Positions 23,976 through 25,898 of a stretch of 25,898 nt of DNA are shown in pieces. Position 1 is the first letter of the stretch; the number at the start of each line of letters is the position of its first letter. The position numbers and the translations under genes were made by a program. The notes beneath the pieces were generated by a model. That model worked only from the letters and a program-made list of their open reading frames with translations, had not been told where the DNA came from and made no database searches. Source of the stretch: Parcubacteria group bacterium GW2011_GWA2_47_7 (GTDB taxonomy: Bacteria > Patescibacteriota > Minisyncoccia > Phycocordibacterales > UBA6899); contig LCOM01000005.1 of the NCBI GenBank assembly GCA_000999395.1, forward strand, positions 553 to 26,450, written 5' to 3'.

Positions 23976-24704
23976 TTATAGGGTGAGGTTCGCGAGGTGA
24001 ATATGCTGCAGCGTGTATTTGCGAAGTTGAGCCGCCTGTCGAGGGGAAATCCGCTCACATATGACCCCCCAATGAATTGAGACGATATCTCCCTTTTTAA
24101 GTTGCTCAATCTCATAATCAGACTCGAGTCGCCGTGCATAACGTCGTGATTCTGGTGCACCGAGCAAGAGTTTGCGCTCTTCATATCGAAGCGGAACGCG
24201 TGCCACAGTGATAAACGGGCCTTCAACACTTTCTACAACTCCCGATGAGACGAGGCAATCATCCATACTTTCGAGTGTGTGCTCACGATCAACGTGTCCA
24301 GTTCGCCGCCAGATATCAAGCACATGAAATGAATGGTGGGGCACCGCTCCTTGCCCAATCTTTTCTTCCACAAGGGCAAACGAACGGCCGAGCTTTTTCT
24401 TGAGCGCAAGTCCATCAACCAAGTGCTCATAAAAAAGCTGCTTATTAACACGCTCAAGAAGCGTATTCCCTACCCAATATGCTTCTACAACCCTTTCGTC
24501 GAGGGGGTCCTTGATATGATTCGCATGAGCAATATGGACGAGGTACGGATACATCGTTTCAAATTGGGAAAGTATCCGCATCAAATCCGGATCGACGGCG
24601 CGTTCTTTGATGTTTGCGTACAACTGACTATTTTGGTCCGGACCACAATAGTGAAGCCGATTAGGGCCAAATGCATACCGAGAGCAACGCAATATGCCGT
24701 CCAT
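23976..24704 (-). CDS. conserved hypothetical protein, DUF6390-like
   Basis: From ATG 24704 the product reads CSRYAFGPNRLHYCGPD...FETMYPYLVHIA...DPLDERVVEAYWVGNTLLE...PHHSFHV...GDIVSIHWGVICERIS. This matches my recollection of DUF6390 proteins from hydrogenase neighbourhoods. The gene is separated by 5-nt spacers from both neighbours. Confidence 0.6.
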   Translation of the reverse strand: MDGILRCSRYAFGPNRLHYCGPDQNSQLYANIKERAVDPDLMRILSQFETMYPYLVHIAHANHIKDPLDERVVEAYWVGNTLLERVNKQLFYEHLVDGLALKKKLGRSFALVEEKIGQGAVPHHSFHVLDIWRRTGHVDREHTLESMDDCLVSSGVVESVEGPFITVARVPLRYEERKLLLGAPESRRYARRLESDYEIEQLKKGDIVSIHWGVICERISPRQAAQLRKYTLQHIHLANLTL

Positions 24705-24709
24705 ACAAA

Positions 24710-25642
24710 CTAAGAGTGCTGTACGTGAGTATGGGACGAAAAGGTGGCAGCCTTTGTGGCACGCATTCCATAGTAGATCAGTAAGACCGCGCCAAGCATA
24801 GCAAAGAATGCGGAAAGTCCCTGCATGGTGCTCCATGTATGGGTAACGAATACGGCACTGAGAACATTAGTGACAACCGTTGCAGGAACAAGCAAGGCGG
24901 CAACATACGTCGCCGGAGCATACTTGAGCGAGGTGTACCAGGTGAGCACATACCCAAGCAGAAGAACGCTTGTCGCGATGGTCCACCCCCATTGAATCAT
25001 ACTCAGATCCGTAAGTGGCGTGAACCTCCCCGACACGACGAGAAATGCAAGAAGAATAATCGAGCCGAGGGTCATACGCACACCAGCAACAGTCATACTC
25101 GAAACATCCGCAAGTATTTTTTTAGCAATGATATTTTCAATAGCCCAGAGTATTGTTGCGAGAAGCACCAAGAGTTCACCCAAATTGAATTGAAAACCGG
25201 TAAATCCACCGATGAAAAGATTGCTGATAAAAATAGCAACAACGCCAACCAACTGACCAGTACTCAAGCGCTCTTTCAAGAACGGATATGCAAAGAGTAT
25301 GACCCAAAGAAAAAGTGTTTTGTGGATCAATCCAGCGCTCAAGGCTGAGGTCATTGTGAGTCCAGTAAAAAAAAGTGCGAAGGGCACAGAGCCTCCGATG
25401 ATCCCGATTGCCGCAAGCATGCCATACTGCTTTCGAGTCAATCCGCGCAATTCACTTGATTTACGAAAGGCGATAAAGAGCCCGACAAGGAAGACTGCGA
25501 CGAGTGCATTTTTGAGAGTCGTATAAAAAATAGGATCTTTCGAAACCGTTACTGCGATTTTTGTGAGAAAATTATTCGTCCCAGAGAATAACGCGGCGAT
25601 AAGCGCAAGGAAGGTAGCGAAGCGCATCGTGTTTTTTTTCAT
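24710..25642 (-). CDS. EamA/DMT-superfamily transporter (10 TM)
   Basis: The 310-aa ORF has two EamA-like halves and the hydrophobic profile of the family. It is the first gene of a three-gene operon. Confidence 0.85.
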   Translation of the reverse strand: MKKNTMRFATFLALIAALFSGTNNFLTKIAVTVSKDPIFYTTLKNALVAVFLVGLFIAFRKSSELRGLTRKQYGMLAAIGIIGGSVPFALFFTGLTMTSALSAGLIHKTLFLWVILFAYPFLKERLSTGQLVGVVAIFISNLFIGGFTGFQFNLGELLVLLATILWAIENIIAKKILADVSSMTVAGVRMTLGSIILLAFLVVSGRFTPLTDLSMIQWGWTIATSVLLLGYVLTWYTSLKYAPATYVAALLVPATVVTNVLSAVFVTHTWSTMQGLSAFFAMLGAVLLIYYGMRATKAATFSSHTHVQHS

Positions 25643-25650
25643 GTACTTGG

Positions 25651-25679
25651 ATTATAGATAAACTCAATGCGCTTGTAAA
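25651..25679 (-). promoter_or_regulatory. promoter TTTACA, 17-nt spacer, TATAAT, 8 nt before ATG 25642 (leaderless-type)
   Basis: The minus strand reads TTTACA AGCGCATTGAGTTTATC TATAAT CCAAGTAC ATG. Confidence 0.55.
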
Positions 25680-25719
25680 CGAAAGGTGACGAAGCACCGA
25701 AAAAAGGTACTGGGTCTTG

Positions 25720-25748
25720 AGAAAAGAAAAAGACCCCCCATGGGGCCT
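25720..25748 (-). terminator. intrinsic terminator
   Basis: The minus strand reads GGCCCCATGGGGGGTC TTTTTCTTTTC, a GC hairpin followed by a T-rich run. It lies about 30 nt after the stop codon at 25779. Confidence 0.55.
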
Positions 25749-25778
25749 ATATGATACATGAAATGTAGTGCACGCGAC

Positions 25779-25898
25779 CTACTTCTTGATCGCAACAATA
25801 ACCTGAAAATTACTTAGGAAATACGTCTCGCGGGTGCACTCCCATTTGCCGGACTCATCCAAATAGCGAAATGGATCATGTGTATCCCAGAGCGAGAG
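25779..25898 (-). CDS. C-terminal fragment of an unidentified ORF entering from the right edge
   Basis: The frame is open from the window edge: LSLWDTHDPFRYLDESGKWECTRETYFLSNFQVIVAIKK*. A terminator follows. Confidence 0.3.
   Translation of the reverse strand, partial: LSLWDTHDPFRYLDESGKWECTRETYFLSNFQVIVAIKK

Noticed and set aside
1-25898. Recoded stop codons (for example UGA as Gly, as in some CPR lineages), CRISPR arrays, IS elements, integrases and phage genes
   Set aside because: All long recognisable genes are intact under the standard code with no in-frame TGA. I found no repeat-spacer periodicity, no terminal inverted repeats flanking a transposase-like ORF, and no recombinase motifs.

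Overview
This is a bacterial chromosomal segment read with the standard genetic code. I found no rRNA, tRNA, CRISPR array, transposase or integrase. The gene content resembles a small-genome fermentative bacterium such as a CPR/Patescibacteria-like lineage, but that taxonomic guess is inference only. Left to right, the window holds: envelope and membrane housekeeping genes (an L,D-transpeptidase fusion, a DUF2238 protein, DedA, MscL, an alpha/beta hydrolase); two orphan membrane-anchored hypotheticals; a nitroreductase; an ECF sigma factor with a DUF5667-type membrane partner; a ppsA-eno operon preceded by a disrupted glycerate kinase; a small Cys/His-rich membrane protein; and a NifU-like / ferredoxin / disrupted flavoprotein-reductase operon. 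The right half holds a fermentative redox module. A two-subunit 2-oxoacid:ferredoxin oxidoreductase (OFOR) and an ADP-forming acetyl-CoA synthetase (ACD) are transcribed divergently from a stripped-down two-gene [NiFe]-hydrogenase. These are followed by a NiCoT nickel permease and an operon of EamA transporter, DUF6390-like protein and hydrogenase maturation protease. Most worth following up: (1) the minimal hydrogenase, which has a single-cluster small subunit and no diaphorase subunits, together with its unusual accessory operon; (2) a recurrent extended -10 box placed 6-9 nt before the ATG, implying widespread leaderless mRNAs; (3) two metabolic genes with clean N-terminal internal deletions; (4) two unusually long, structure-rich intergenic regions; and (5) a cluster of DnaA boxes. 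All family assignments come from motif recognition by eye and need HMM or BLAST confirmation.
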